This document shows, in pieces, positions 49,769 through 63,768 of a stretch of 64,000 bases of DNA. The position numbers were made by a program, and so were the translations under genes. The stretch's first letter is position 1; each line of letters starts with the position of its first letter. This DNA is from Takakia lepidozioides (Eukaryota > Plantae > Bryophyta): NCBI GenBank assembly GCA_030704615.1, contig CM060731.1, forward strand, positions 38,874,001 through 38,938,000, read 5' to 3'. The notes below the pieces were generated by a model. The model was not told the DNA's origin. It saw nothing but the letters and a program-made list of their open reading frames with translations, and did no database searches.

Positions 49769-51449
49769 TTAGACCCCCTCACAAAGGAAATATTTCTTGG
49801 AAACGATAATTTGTTGTGGAGGATTGTGCCTTCAACCGCCTTGTTGGGTTGTACACAATAGGCGTTATAATCTGCTGGTTGTTAACATAAACTTTAACTA
49901 TGTCTATCAATTGTGTAAAATTTATCCTCTGTCCCCACATCTCTAAAAAGAAAAGAAAAGATTATTGGCTCCTCTTTATTCTAAAGAATAAACTACGCAT
50001 TAGAGTCAAAAATCGCTAAGCCCATGTTGTCCTTTCCCTAGATGTCATCTCATCTCCTTTCCATGATGTGCCTTCTCCAGGTAAGACCTCCCTTAGGTAA
50101 CATTTGCGTTATTGAACAACTTATGAAATAAATGGATGAATTTTCAAAGTTTATTATGGATGAAAGTAGATTTCAATATTCACACTTGGCTGTACATTGG
50201 CTCCTCACTAAAGAGGAGACCACACATCAATGTCAATAAATGGTAAATCCCTACTATAACTTTCCCATATAAAACTTACTACACTGACTGCACATCCATT
50301 GGTAAAGCCTTTATCAAATTTACTAAATTATTTATATTGTATATATTTTAATCACAATCATATTCAGATGTATGATCAGGTTTATTCACTTTTAATTCAG
50401 TGATCTTGCCTAGCAAGCCTTTGTTTCAGAATTTCCCTCATCAGACTATTACATTCCTTACCAGCTATAGTTCAGAAAGAATAAAGCCTTGTCCACAAGC
50501 GAGAAGTTACAATCAATCACACTAACAAACCTGGAATACCTAGGCTCGTCCACATCACGCAATACTGTTTCAGTACAGCATTGACAGCCCAGGTATGCAT
50601 GACGATGATCTATGAATTGACACAGTTGTGATATATGTGGGTGTTTCTAAGAAATATAAGATGTTGAAGAACACATTTGTGTACATTCCACACATGTATC
50701 ACAATGCCATGACTCATGCTTTCTCGTCTCTCTCAACGTAGGAAGGGGCTCAGTCAGGTCAATCCTTTACACATCATGAGGTCCCCAAGCTCCCTGGCCA
50801 TAACCGGTTTTTGGCTTAGTCTTGCCTACTGTCACCATCCCGTTGGCTTTGAGCAGCGAGGTTCAGAACCAGTATCCGATCTACCATCTGGATGCTTTTC
50901 CTACCTGCACTTATAGACCTACTGAGGAGTTTGAATAGTTCGGTTGTATCATCAAGATGTTGATCGACGCATTCTCATCGAAGCTACCTATTAGCTTCAC
51001 AAGAATAGATATCTTAGCAACATCCAAGTAGTTTTTTGAACATTATTAGCAACAGTATCAGCTTGCAACATTATAAAAACTTGCCATTTTTATATGATTA
51101 TTTCAGCTTAAATTTCAAACAAAACAAGCACCAGTCCGTCAGTTTCAAAATTGCTCAATGAGTTTTTATTTATTTATTTAAAATTATGTTTTCATATCAA
51201 TGTGTTACCAATATTGTGGAAAACACATGTCCTTCAACCCCTCCAAAACTAGAGAAGTGAAATTTCAACCATGAGTTCAATATCAATTCTGAAGAAGGTT
51301 CTTGAGCTTGATGACACTATCCAAACTAAAGAACATTCTTCAAAACTGAATGTGTATAGATCTATGTATATCAATACGATCGATATGATCTGTACATCTA
51401 ATATTCTGCAAAATGCACACATTAAAGACTCGTTGGTAATCCAATAAGT

Positions 51450-54400
51450 GTCTGCAGCTGCTCTACGTCGTAACCCTGGAAGTTGTAAACAGGTTGGGCA
51501 TAGATGGGAGAGACTTGGAACCCACTTGAATCACTACGTGCCATGGCCAACACTGGAACTGTCTTTGGCACAATTAAAGCACCTCCAGGACCAGAAGCAT
51601 TATTTCCAATTAATGAGCAACCACGTTGTAGGTTGGTGATAGATTCACCAAGAATTCCGGGAGATGAAGTATCATTTGAAAGTCCATGAGTTGGAACAGG
51701 CCGTGAATGTTTGTGTGAGACTCCCGTAGCAAGAGTTGTCTGAGGTTGAGGTAGACTACCATGTGAGACTCCCTGACGTCCATGAGATACTCCATGAGCT
51801 GCAGGAGCTGGTAGAGGTGGACATCCATGTGAGGCTCTTTGAGCAAAAGGAATAGAAGATCTAGACCCAAGCTACACATTCTCAGGGATAACGTGATTGC
51901 ATGCAGCAGCATGCGTTGCACTATTACTCATAGAGGCCAACTTCTTCCGCATTATGGCATTTTTCCTCCGATGTAAAGCCAAAGATTTCTGCATTGCAGC
52001 TCTATCACAAGAAATATTAGGCTGTGGAGAGCTATCCTTGGGCACGAAATTTTCATCAAGAGGAGGATGCAACCCATCAGGAAAGGAACCAAAATCAAAA
52101 TGAGACCAATATTGCATTTCTTCTTGAACCGCACTAGAAAGCAGAGGAACACACTGAGATGAAGGACAGCTCGGAGTATCCACTCGAACAACAACTTCAA
52201 GAAACAATTCCATATTTGTCAAAGTTGAGAGTGGCTCCCTATCAGCATATGTGAAGCTTGGACGAGATACGCTACATACCCCTGTAGCAATCATTGATGT
52301 AGGTACAAATGGTACAGGAAAAGCCTGGAAGGAAAAACTAGCTGGAGTAGATTGAGTCGGATGTCTGAATTGGTCGAAACCAGCCGTAGAATGAGGTATG
52401 TGAACTTGATTGGAAGTTGAAGATACCAGAGTGACATCTACTTGACTAGTAGTTGAATCAGGTGCTTCAGATCCCTTTACTTCACTGGGAATTGGATTAG
52501 GTACTTCAGAGACCACCACTTAACTTGAAGTTGGAACTCCTTCACTTGAATTAGGTACTTCAGAGATCACCACTTGACTCGAAGTTGAATCTTGTTCACT
52601 GTTGAAGGTGTTTCCTACTTGAGATTTATGCCATTTATTCTGCCAGCTCAACTTGAAAATAATAGGTCCAATCTCTTGGGTACCTGTAACTGGATCATGA
52701 GGGATTCTAGCTATAGTCTGCGTAGCTCGAGCTTTCAAGATCTTGATCCTATCATAGCGATCAGGGCCGCTTTGGTTCCTATGGCCAGTGTTACTACACA
52801 TGACATCTCTCGGTACTCCAACAGCGGCCATTCTTGTTATGGCAGTGACTCTCTCGGATTTATTTGTGTAGTCACCTACCAAACAACTTCAGCAGCCATA
52901 TCTCTAATGATGTGTCTCAAAGTGCACTCACGGCCAAGATTCACTTTCTTCTTGAACCAGATGGAATCCTTGGGATTGTGTAGAGTAGACAAACAAAGGT
53001 GGCCACTCTCACAACCCGACGGCTTGTGATATGCCATCGCCTTGAAAGAATTTACGACGTCTTTATCAGCGTAAACAGGGTATCTGAAATGTTCTTGCTG
53101 ATAGCGATTCATGGCTACTTTGTGGTACTTGGAAAAAGTTTCATCGTATCTACACAATATCAAGAAAATGTGTTAAAAACTGAAAACCAGGAGAACAAAT
53201 GCTAAATATTCAAGTCATTGAAGCAGGAATGTACATTGTAGATTACCTGAGAACTTCATGTCCACGGTTATTGGTTCCCAATGTGAAGTTTGAGAAGTTG
53301 AGTTTCCACAACTCATTGTCTCCTCTGATAATGAACCCAGTTGTGCAATAGTAACCAAATTGTTTGTAGCAGCCAACAATAGAGTAATGTGACTGATGTT
53401 TGGGGTGAGCTAGAATCTTCGTCTCATCTTCATTAATGAGAAAGTCCACCTTCATCCGGTTCTTATTGGCACCAGCTTCTATGCTTTTTTTCATGGCAAG
53501 TTGAACACACTTGTTTGCATTCTTGAAGAATAGATGCGTTTCCATTTTGACCTGGGGTTCAGTAATGCTACGAATGATTCTAGCTTCCTGTGCAACGCAC
53601 ACAATTCTATTGAAAGATTTTTAGATATTCATGAGCGATCCACTAGGGTAACGCTTTCCATTCTCTTTCAAAACCTTAAAAAAAACCTACATAGTAGGTC
53701 GCCCAATTCCGAAAGAGGGATTTCTTCAATCGGTGGACTAAGACATATGCGCCCACAATACTTTCTCCAAGCTTGGAACCTATTGCGAGTCCGCTGTTCG
53801 TTCTTATGGCTAGGACTTTGAACAATATTCAAAAACTGGTGAAACTTGTCTTCACCAAGATCTGAGAATCCACTTGGACCTGCAAGTACAACAACTAATG
53901 AACTATGAGAAGGTAGCTCCTCCCCGGGTGCATCAATTTCAATGAGAGAGAGCAGTTCTTCCCCGGGAATCTCAGAAAAACACTGACGAACATCTCCAGG
54001 TTTTATAGGTGCCACAACTTCAGATTCAAGAGTTGGTATAGCACCATTTGAACCTCAAGTTTGTCATGAACACCATTTGAACCTTAGGTTCGTCATGAAT
54101 ACTAGTTGAACCCTTAGGTTCATCTTGAACTTGTGCAATTTCTAGAATAACAACGGAATCTTCAGCAGTCGCACTTTCTTGAAATGCACCTAGAGGAATT
54201 CGAGGAAGAATTGTCAGGATAGCAGTTGTAGTATCAAGAACCCTAGTACTACAAGATCCAATGATTCTAAAATCGGTATCCTCATACATTTGATGGTGTT
54301 TGTATCATTACCAGGTGTGAAGGAGAATATATCTCTTTTGCGACAAAAGAAGCTAGTAATTCTCTATAATAGAATATGGATCTCCAACAGTCAGTACCCT

Positions 54401-54685
54401 CTTTCTGGATCTGGTTTTCTTGGTCACTCTTGATACATGAGAACTTATACCATGTTCATCAGGCATCAATTCGTCAACAAAATCAGGACCAAGCTCAAAA
54501 GATGGCATGCAATGTAGAATTGCGTCATGTGGTTCACCTGAGTGCCTGCCACTACCTCTGCTAGAATGTCGTCCATGACCTTTACCTCTCAAAGAAGGAT
54601 GATCTACAATATTTCTTGTCATGCTACGAGTGACGTGAATGACCTCTAGATCAACATGCGATTCTTCTACTCGATTCTTAGCCAT
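51450..54685 (-). pseudogene. Crypton-like tyrosine recombinase (DUF3504/ZMYM-type) gene, decayed, intron-containing
   Basis: RNRFQAWR..IEEIPLSELGDLLCRFF..KNGKRYPSGSL N-domain. Catalytic-type motifs in order GFIIRGDNEL, FSK, WF..NLG, YTNKSERVTAITRM, TGHRN..DRY. GT-AG intron 53246-53150. Stops and frameshifts; element ends not defined. Confidence 0.75.
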
Positions 54686-55143
54686 TTCACCATAAAGACA
54701 AGAATATCCGGTGCCTCACTGCATCTCCGGCGCCTCTAAAGAAATTCCTACATACAGCCACCACACTATGTGCACAAGAAATGCCCGTGGGCTCACAGGT
54801 AGGTACCTCTTTGGCAGGTAGGTAGGTAACTTGTGCCAACCGATACAGCAGGTATCCGTGCAGATCAACAGTGGATAATCCACGGCCATCAGACAATCTA
54901 ATGGTAGTTCGTCGTTGGAAACCGGTTATGATCGGTAATTGCTTTTTTCGACCGGATACTGGCTGTAAACCGGGGGCAGAAATAGACATCGCACTAATGG
55001 GCTCGTCCATCCAGACCCCCGTTTTCAACCAGTATCTGGTCCAAGAAAACCAGTTACCTATTACATAGTAGGATCTCCCCCTACGTAGCTCAAATCCATG
55101 CTTGTCTCCTGCTTTTTCTGCACAGCTAGTTTGCTTGGGTTAA

Positions 55144-56405
55144 GGGATGTTCCCCCACGGTAAGCCTTCACGCCCTCCCTTAGGTGGTTATTTTTTCCAC
55201 CTTTTGTGACCTTTACTTTTAATTATTTTTAGAATAAAGGAAACCTGGGAGCGACTACTCACAATTCAGGCCCTTGAGGAGGGGGAAAAATTAGCTCCCT
55301 TTCAGATAAGCCATTAGGCACAGAGGTGGGAAACGTCACCACCAAACCAACCGGTCACGGACAATCCACATACCAGGCAGGGCAGCGGGTTTGAACCCCG
55401 AACCACCAGGGCGACACACTTGTGCACTTACGGGCTGAGCCACCAGCTGATGTGCTATTTTTTAATTAATTTGAGTAAAAGAGCCTACGCCCCCTTTCTA
55501 TTAAAAAAACAAAAGAAAAAGACAAGAAAAGAGAAAAGAATCAGGCTGATTATCTGGTCAGAAGAGATTATAGGAGGTGAGTGAGGCCCTCGGGACTTAA
55601 GTAGCCGCGATGGCTTCCCGCCCTCACAGCCCCGTCCTCACGCCCCCCGTCATCATTCTCTCCATGCTAAGGTGGATGTACGCTCAATGCAGCGTAATCA
55701 CCCATCTAAACCCTCTACCCTACAACAGCGAAACAGCTGGAATTTTATGCGTCGTCTTCACTCTTCCCACCCTCTTCCAGACTCTTCCAAACCCCTAACT
55801 CTCTCATTCAATGCTCAAGGCCCATGAGGCAGCATTTCGGCATTTCCTCGCAGCACATTGTCAGCACTGGTTCCTCGCACTAAAAGCTGGCGGCCCTTTG
55901 TCCCCTATGTGCTATTCATTCTCTGCCCTCTCATTCTTACTACGGGTGTCCTTGCTATGGAAAATGCATGAGCTCTCAAAATCCTGTTTTTGTAATCCCC
56001 AGTCGTCTTCAAAGCTCCCCGCCTTGGCCTGGAATGGAATCTGTCTCAGGCAAAGCAATAAAGGTGATGTTGTCGAAGTTGCACTGCAGACATAGCAATG
56101 TAGTAAAGATGAGGCGGCGAGGACAGAGCAGGGGATAAGCATGGCTGGTAGAATTCTAGACTTATGACTCTAGGATTTATGTTCCTGTTTCTTCTTAGAT
56201 TGCATCTTTTGGACTCCCTGCTCTCTGGTTTCTAGCTTGTAGGAGGCAATGGTCACGGGGATGTTCCCCCTCCGTTAGCCTTCACAGCCCCCCAGGTGGT
56301 TATTTTTCCCACCTTTTGGTGACTTTTTCTTATTAATTTGATTAAAAGGGCCTCTATCCCCTTTCTTAAAAACAAAAAGAAAGGAAAAGAATCAGGCTGA
56401 TTTTC
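55144..56405. repeat. Pair of ~145-bp direct repeats (55144-55551, interrupted by a SINE; 56258-56402) flanking ~700 bp
   Basis: Both start GGGATGTTCCCCC and end GAAAAGAATCAGGCTGATT; related fragments near 1720-1810 (inverted) and 26710-26780. Confidence 0.65.
55222..55456 (-). mobile_element. tRNA-derived SINE
   Basis: Minus strand A-box TGGCTCAGCCCG and B-box GGTTCAAACCC (55397-55387), A-rich tail, flanking TTTTAATTA duplication; interrupts another repeat. Confidence 0.7.
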
Positions 56406-56859
56406 ATTGGCCACTATGAACACTTCATAGGACTTGGGGAAGACTATTGAAAAGTGGCAATACACTATCAATACTGCCTCCTGCTGCAACTAACTGATTT
56501 GCCAGCTTTGTAAATCTATTGATCTGATCAATTCAACCTGGTCAATACTGACTCCCACTGCAACTAACTAATTTGCCAGCTTTGTAAATCTATTGATCTG
56601 GTCAATTTTTTACTCAAAAGAAGATATCATAGCTTCTTCATTGCTCTCAGAATCTAGCATATCTGTCATGTAGAGTTTTGCATTCCTTTGATACCATATT
56701 GGAAAAATGTACTACAAACAAATGAAGCCATGAGACAAGACCGATCAGATCTCTAAAATGCATGGATTTAACTCACTTCCCAACCATGGCCACCTCCTTT
56801 CCTGGTGCTGAATCACCCGGAGTTTAAATAAATCAATACATGAAGCGAGATGTTTGTTT

Positions 56860-57720
56860 TGTTTTGTTTTGTTTTGTTTTGTCGTTGAGATCTCCCAAAC
56901 TGGGGGGCTCCAGCGTGCCATTGGAAAGTCCTCGACAAGGAGGGGTGCACCGGCTTGGTCTCATGATTTTTGGACAAGCGGTGAGGGAGATGTGGAATTC
57001 CAAGTACTTTTGGCTGGAAATTCACAAAAATGGCAAAGTGGGCATTCCTGGGACAATGGTTGGAGCCTCGGGGGGAGAGATATAAAGGGAAAGGTCTCCA
57101 GTTCAAATCTGGTCGTAGGCTCCGTGGAAAAAAATTGATTAGATATGGCTTGCTTCATATATTGATGCACTTGGACTTAGATGACATTTGGACACTTGGG
57201 CCCTTGGGCCAAGTGCACAGGCCATCCTAGACATGGGAGACGTACTTGGATACTTACAAGATTACACTTGCGATAAGTTGATCCACTAGACGCGCGGGCC
57301 TCTACATGGGAGATGCACTTGGATACAAGAATAGAAGATTGCTAGATGGGCCTTGACATAGGAGACGCACTTGGATATATAAGAAATTGCACTTGGTCTT
57401 AAGTTAGATTTCAATTCGTCACACATGGGCATAGGCTACACTAGAGGTCGCACTTGGGCCTCGACATAGGAGATACACTTGGATACATAGAAGATCTTAC
57501 ACTTGAGCTAAAATGACCGTGGACAGTTGGGCCAATGGCACATGCTACCCTAGAGGTTGCATTTGGGCCTCGACATAGGAGACACACTTGGGCTCAGATT
57601 TCAATTCTTCCCACATGGGCCTTGACATAGGAGATGCTACTTGAATACATACGGAATTGCACTTGGACTTAGAGAGACATTGGACACTTGGGCCAACAGC
57701 ACAGGGTACCCTAGTAGATA
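56860..57720 (+). repeat. Modular repeat family, copy 3 (longest)
   Basis: GAGATCTCCCAAACTGG and GATGTGGAATTYCAAGTACTTTTGG shared with 44635-44735, followed by many GCACTTGG/ACATAGGAGA modules. Confidence 0.8.
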
Positions 57721-58019
57721 ATGAAAGTTTCTCGAGACATGCCTCCAGCAACCTAGCTTATGACTACCAGAAATTGTTCATTTTTTTATTTTATTTTTAA
57801 GAAATTGTTCACATCTTATGCTCTGCTGACATATTTCATGTCTTTTCATATTCTACTCAACTTAATTGGTGGCTGGTGATATTTCCAATATCTTGAGCAC
57901 ATGGGCCAGTTCTATGCTTGGAAATATATTGATTAGATTTGGAGAACGAGAGAGCAGTTTCATTCATGAAGACAGAGAGTGTGGCTTCAGTTTCCGCAGT
58001 AAGGTGTGATCACAACCAC

Positions 58020-61000
58020 TTACATGGGCACTTGACCCCCTGTATGCACAAAATCAGGCACACTTCGGTAGACATAGACCACACTGCTAAGCTCCCACCC
58101 CCAACTCCTGGTGCGTGAAACTGCCATTCTCGGCCAGTGATTGATTCTCACAAAGAGAGGCCTGACCTTTCCATCAGTTGCCAAACCATCAATAATGGAA
58201 TAGGTACATTCATGCCCACCCCACACAGGATCGTTGGGCTTTGCTGTCAGCGAACCATCCATGTGGAAATAGCGAGTCATGGGTGGTTCACCCCGCCATG
58301 CTGGATCTAAGCCAAGCCAATAGTCTGGAGCGGTCTGTTCCAGAGAAAATGTCACCCCTCATTAAACGTTAGGGTATCAGAAATCTTGCAGGTATACCGT
58401 AAATCAGGTAGATGGCTATAATTCATGGACTACTCTCTGCCAGCTGGTCAACCGAGGGTAAAGTCCCATTTTAGTCCAACTGGTGAATTTTGATCTTCGA
58501 GGGTATGACACGCAACTGAAAAAGTCTATGGCACTCTCACACTGCAAATATTCCAGTCACTGGAGATTTAGTGGGCCTCGCCCATATCCTAGGACACAAA
58601 ATTTCAACACAATGTCATTCCAATACTCCCAGTGTCGTCTTCTAACTTGGGGATGTACACATTGAACTTTCCATGATTCAATCGTGACGTTTCTGCCCCC
58701 CAAGGTATAATATGAGAATCAGCCAGTAAAAATTGCCAAAGACATACAAGCAACCTAGGGTCAGATACAGGCTCGCGTTGACTACTGCACACATGGGCTG
58801 TTGTTCTAGTAGCGGTACTGGAACCATAATAAAAAGTATTGAGAAAAAGGGCGGGGGGGGGGAAGTGACTGAGCAGCAGCAGCGGCTTACACTTTTGAAA
58901 TGAAATTCCCAGATATGACCACAAAGATCCTCTCTTGTAATCGTCATCTGCAACATTCCACATGTTACTCTTCAGCACATAATTGAGTTGCCAATCCTCC
59001 TCACTTCTGTTGGTAACAACTTACATCCTCCTGGCCCACCAGATACCCCCCACCTACCCTTCTTCTCCTCCCTACAAAACTTACAGTACAAACACTGGGC
59101 ACTTACGCGCTGAGCATCCTGAATGGACATGGAATAAGCCTTCATTTTGGGCACCCCTTTCTGCAGCGCAGCAGCTGCCACATGAGCTTTCCCTTCCCAA
59201 AGCCTCTCACACTGCACCACACCACAGACAAAAGGTGAAGGGTGATATAAGTACTTCATCTTCAAATGGTCTCCGTGATACTTTTGATCAAGGATTGATT
59301 TCTTCTGCACTTCGCATAGACTGCCTAGATTAGTAATACTGAACTGAACTAACTATTGTGCTAAAAGCAACATGTTTAGATGACGGAGTCCACACTAGCT
59401 TATCAGCCTTGTTAGAGCCAACCTGAGATCCCTACTCAGACTAAAAACCCCTCACTGGATCAACAAAAGGTGTTGATTGGACTAGGTTCTGTCAGACACT
59501 AAAGCACTGAGATGAACTATTCATTGGGCCTCCGGGAAACAAAACTCTAATACCATTGTGTGTAGCAAGCAAGTGCTGAGACCACTTCAGTCACTTATCC
59601 ATTGGAGAAGTGAGAGGCAAAGTTAGAAGCCGGTGACCATAACAGACAGAAGAGCAGAAGGAATCTGCCAACCAGAGATTTGGACAAGAAACAGACACTT
59701 ACAAAAGATGGACAAAAGGGCTAACAAGGATTTACCTTCTTGGTCCAAAGGTTGTCATCACCTGCAATTGTGCGCCACCGTCTCGAGAGGGTAGCACATC
59801 GTGCCAAGCTGCGTGCATCTAAGAAGGATAGCATCCAATTCAGCACATCTAACCCCAGTGCTGTCGCAGGATCGCAACCAAGCCCCTCTATCTTCTGCAA
59901 CCAGTTTATGTTATTGAGCATCCCTAGCCAAAAATTGCGACTTGCAGGTTTACCAATGCAAGAGGTCCAGAAACACAAGCTGCTTTAACGAAAATCCTCT
60001 AATCCACGAAGCTGATTCAAAGAGAGTTTCAAATAATTGATTGCACCTACTGTAAGGAAAATTCAGCTGCTGTTACCGGGCTGTATGACATGTGTTCATC
60101 AGAGATGGATGCACTGCCACCCAGATATCTCTGCTGCTTAGTCCGGTGACAAAGCAACTCAGCGCCTCTTTTCTCAAATTGCCTCTTTCTGCCCAAAGTT
60201 TTCGCTCCCTTATAAGTCCCGCTACTCGGACGTTGACACATCGTCTTGTCCATGTAGTCTACCCTCTCTGCGCGGTATTTGGCCACAAGTGATACATCCA
60301 TAACTCTGCTCGCGGCACACGTAGGTAATTCCCCTGGCATCTCAAGAACTTCTAGATTGGGAGCTGCTGAGATTGCTAAAGGATTGACTTTCCGAACAAT
60401 TGCACCACTGTCTTCTCCTTCAACATTTGTCGTCGCTGGAATTTCCCCGCATCCATACCCTTCTCTCGTCCCTGGCCTTTTTAACCCTCGTTGCAAACCT
60501 CCAGTATCAATTGCCGCATCATTTTTCCGATCCTGATCATCGTCACATCCTACGATGGTTTGCTGCTGCTCTTCCACTGCGAGATTATCTCCTGTCATTA
60601 CTACTTCATTTGTCCTGCAATCATCCCGGGTGGTGTCTGCTCCTGTTGGCTTCCAAGCATCACCAGAGGACGGCCGCGTAGCATCAATAGCTCCAAAGCA
60701 TGGCAGATCTGTAATTACACGCCCCTTACCCGAAGGGCCCCCTCTCATTGGCACCTGAAGGTACGAGCATGTAATTTCATTCCGGACTTCCTCCAAAAAT
60801 CCCTTTAGACCTCCAACTATCTTATGCGAGGAAGACTTCAGGTAGTAAATCACACAGTCTGAGAAATCCCTACCATGCAGTTTGCATTGTTGTGATTTGA
60901 CAACCGGCCTGTTCCTGTGTTGCTCCTTTCCGCCAAAAGAATTTGAGTAACCCTCGGTTATTGCGTCCTTCCCAATCAATTTACTATTTTGATCTTTTTC

Positions 61001-61540
61001 ATGAGTAATCAACTGCTGTAAGCACCTGAAGCCTTCGTTTCTCTCAAATTTGTTGCAACAATGGAGGAACGGATTTGAACTCTGACGTTGCCTCCGGTCA
61101 CAGCTATCGTGCTCCCAAATTTTCGTAGGCGCCTGGACGGACTCCCCTACGGAGTATTCAGTAACATGGCCAGTGGACCTCATTTCCTCGCAATGACTAA
61201 TACTCATATCCATACTCCGTTCGCCAGCCTCCTCGGTACCTGGTGATTCACGACCCGTTGAAACTTCGTCTATCAACAACCACTTAGAAGTATTGTAGTC
61301 CTTAACATACTTGGGATACACACTTCTTACCATGTAAGCATCTGTCCAGCTTTCCAGGTTCACAGTCCGCTTGCTCCAACAACCGCTGCCTCGTCTCAAC
61401 GACATGAGGCCGGCGTCTGTCTCTTCAACGCACCCTATCGTGTTGTTGTGTCTTCCTCTCACACCGCTAAACTCAGCGCAAATCTTCATTATATGAGGAT
61501 AGATAAGAGTAGAGATAAACAAACACACACTATAGTCCAT
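58020..61540 (-). CDS. F-box protein, ~699 aa; exons 61540-60077, 59894-59736, 59211-59107, 58947-58891, 58334-58020
   Basis: F-box DPATALGLDVLNWMLSFLDARSLARCATLSRRWRTIAGDDNLW. Plant-type C-terminus ITREDLCGHIWEFHFK..APDYWLGLDP..WGGHE. All four introns GT-AG phase 0. Exon 1 start and donor less certain. Confidence 0.85.
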
Positions 61541-63164
61541 GGTTCATTAGCGAAAAACAAGTGGTCTCATCCCTAATTTCTTCACAGATTTCCCTACATC
61601 TTATCCTCGCATGATTGTTCTGCTGCTTACTCTGTCACAGCTGAAACCTCAACATCATCAACTTTATCGCCTCTCTCCTACAGCATCCAGAGCTCCCGCA
61701 GAAAAGAACACCCTGTGTGCCGCTCACATCGGACACATGAGTGAAGCTATGCCCCGCTCACATCCGACATATGAGTGCAGCTATCAGCTGTAAGTGTAAA
61801 CCAAAACAAGGAAAGTGCAACATCCACAACAAGCGCCATCGCAACGACAGTGAGAAGCCGAGCCCGAGCGCACATTCCCCTCCAACAGAGAATCCATGTG
61901 TCTGGACTCTATGCACGTCTGCCCGTCTGTTTAAAGCCGGCGACGCTCCTCAGCCGCTCCGGGACATCCGCCATCCACGTGGTGGACATACAGGAACCAA
62001 ACAGGATTCCAGGTTCGGATAAAGTACCCGAGACTAGAAAAGATCAGATACAGGTTCGGGACAGCCGCGGCGCCGCTCCGAACCTCACCACTATAGGACG
62101 ACAATGGGCCCACACGATGATGCCAACGTGTCTGTTTTCTATTCATTGTGACCCCTAAGAAGTGCGATCATCATGTTCGAGGAGGCTGACGTGGAGGTCG
62201 GCAGTGAAGTGAAGGAATCGTGGAGGGCATACCCCACATAAATAATCGAAATGCGGGCCAGTAACAACCAGTAGGGTGCCGCCATGTGACACTTCCCAGT
62301 TCGCTGCATCTGCTTTGCCAACCAGTCCTTCATCTGGAGACGCGTGGCCTGATCTCAGGTGCGGTTCAGATACGAGCGTGCGGCAGCATGTGCCACGCGC
62401 CAGCTCGTGACAGGCGTGCCGCCAGGTTCCATTTGCCACGTACCTTCGCCCATACCCAGACGCTATCCCTACCCGAATATATCTCTAGATTTTCTCCAAT
62501 ATTCTACATTATGGCCCGACCTACACTTTTCTAAGTATTCTCTCCAGCCCTATTATTTGCTCTGCAATTGGAGACCCAAGCTCGGCAATAGTGATGACAC
62601 CCACAAGTGAAGCCTACATAAGAAGTTATGCAGAGGTCTAGTGGACTAAGCTGGTGGTTGCATGTTTGAAGCCTGCATCTGACCACTGCTACTCTTAAGG
62701 TTTGGTCTGCCATGGCACATCGCTGAAGAGCATTTTGGCCTCCTATTGTAAACTGCTGGTGTTTCAGGAGTCTACGAGTTACACATTAGAGAGAGAGAGA
62801 GAGAGGAGAGGCCAGGCCATAGCCCGCGTAATTAAGAGTCTCTTCACCTTGTGGCTACTGCCCCCTTTTGGAGGTGGCCATGTTACACATTACAGTTTTG
62901 GGGGACTGTGCAAGATGTAAACGGCATATGGTGTATTTTATTATACTGTAAGGCGTAAGGTTTGTTCCTGACTACCCTTGTTTGAAGGAAAGCTTCCGAT
63001 CAGTTTAGTGAAGTCTGTAGTGTCTTGATTGTTCTCAAGAGCTTGTCGTGTCACTTGTCTTGGATTTACTTTCTTGAGTTCTCTTTACTTCGATCTACAT
63101 TTCCCGGACATTTTTGTGAGTGTATCATACAACTTGTGATGCATTGGTATCGTGTGAGCAGGGT

Positions 63165-63768
63165 GGGGGGTTGGTATCGCGTGAGCACAAAAAAATCGCC
63201 GCGTGAGCAGAATCCACGGTTATGGGGTTAATATGTACATCAGCGGAAATACAAATAATAGGCGGACATAGGGACTTTACTGCGCTAATAGGCAATACAT
63301 CGAATCTGAATATAACTTAAACCTGAAGATCGGAATCCACATGCACCTGTCGGATAGTTCGAACCTCTAGCCAAGTTTCGCTTGCGAAACTCCAAGTTTC
63401 GTTGGCAAAAATACAAGTTTTGTTGGCAAAAACCATTTTCATTTCGCTGGCAAAACCTATTTTCTGGGTGGTGATTGGGGATGTTCTGAACACAATGTTA
63501 CCAAATGCCACATTGTTTATGTGCGTTGATCTTTGAGTTCTGGCAGATATATTTGTGTTTCATTGTGCTCACACGACGTAAGCTTTGGACGATTAATTTC
63601 ATGAATTTTTTCACGTGAGCACAGTTTTCAGATAGTTTCGTATTTCTTACCGCGTGAGCGCATTTGGGTTTCGCAATAGTATATTTGCAAGAATATTCTA
63701 GAATATGCGGAATAATTCTTTGTGCTCACGTCCGCTGGCGTGAGCCTGCTCACATGCTACCCAACCCC
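63165..63768. mobile_element. MITE (hAT-like) with GTGAGCA subterminal repeats
   Basis: Imperfect TIRs GGGGTTGGTATCGCGTGAGC / GCTCACATGCTACCCAACCCC; flanks AGCAGGGT / AGCAGGTT. Confidence 0.6.

Noticed and set aside
55380-55447. tRNA gene
   Set aside because: A and B boxes present but no convincing cloverleaf; has a body, A-rich tail and flanking duplication, so called a SINE.
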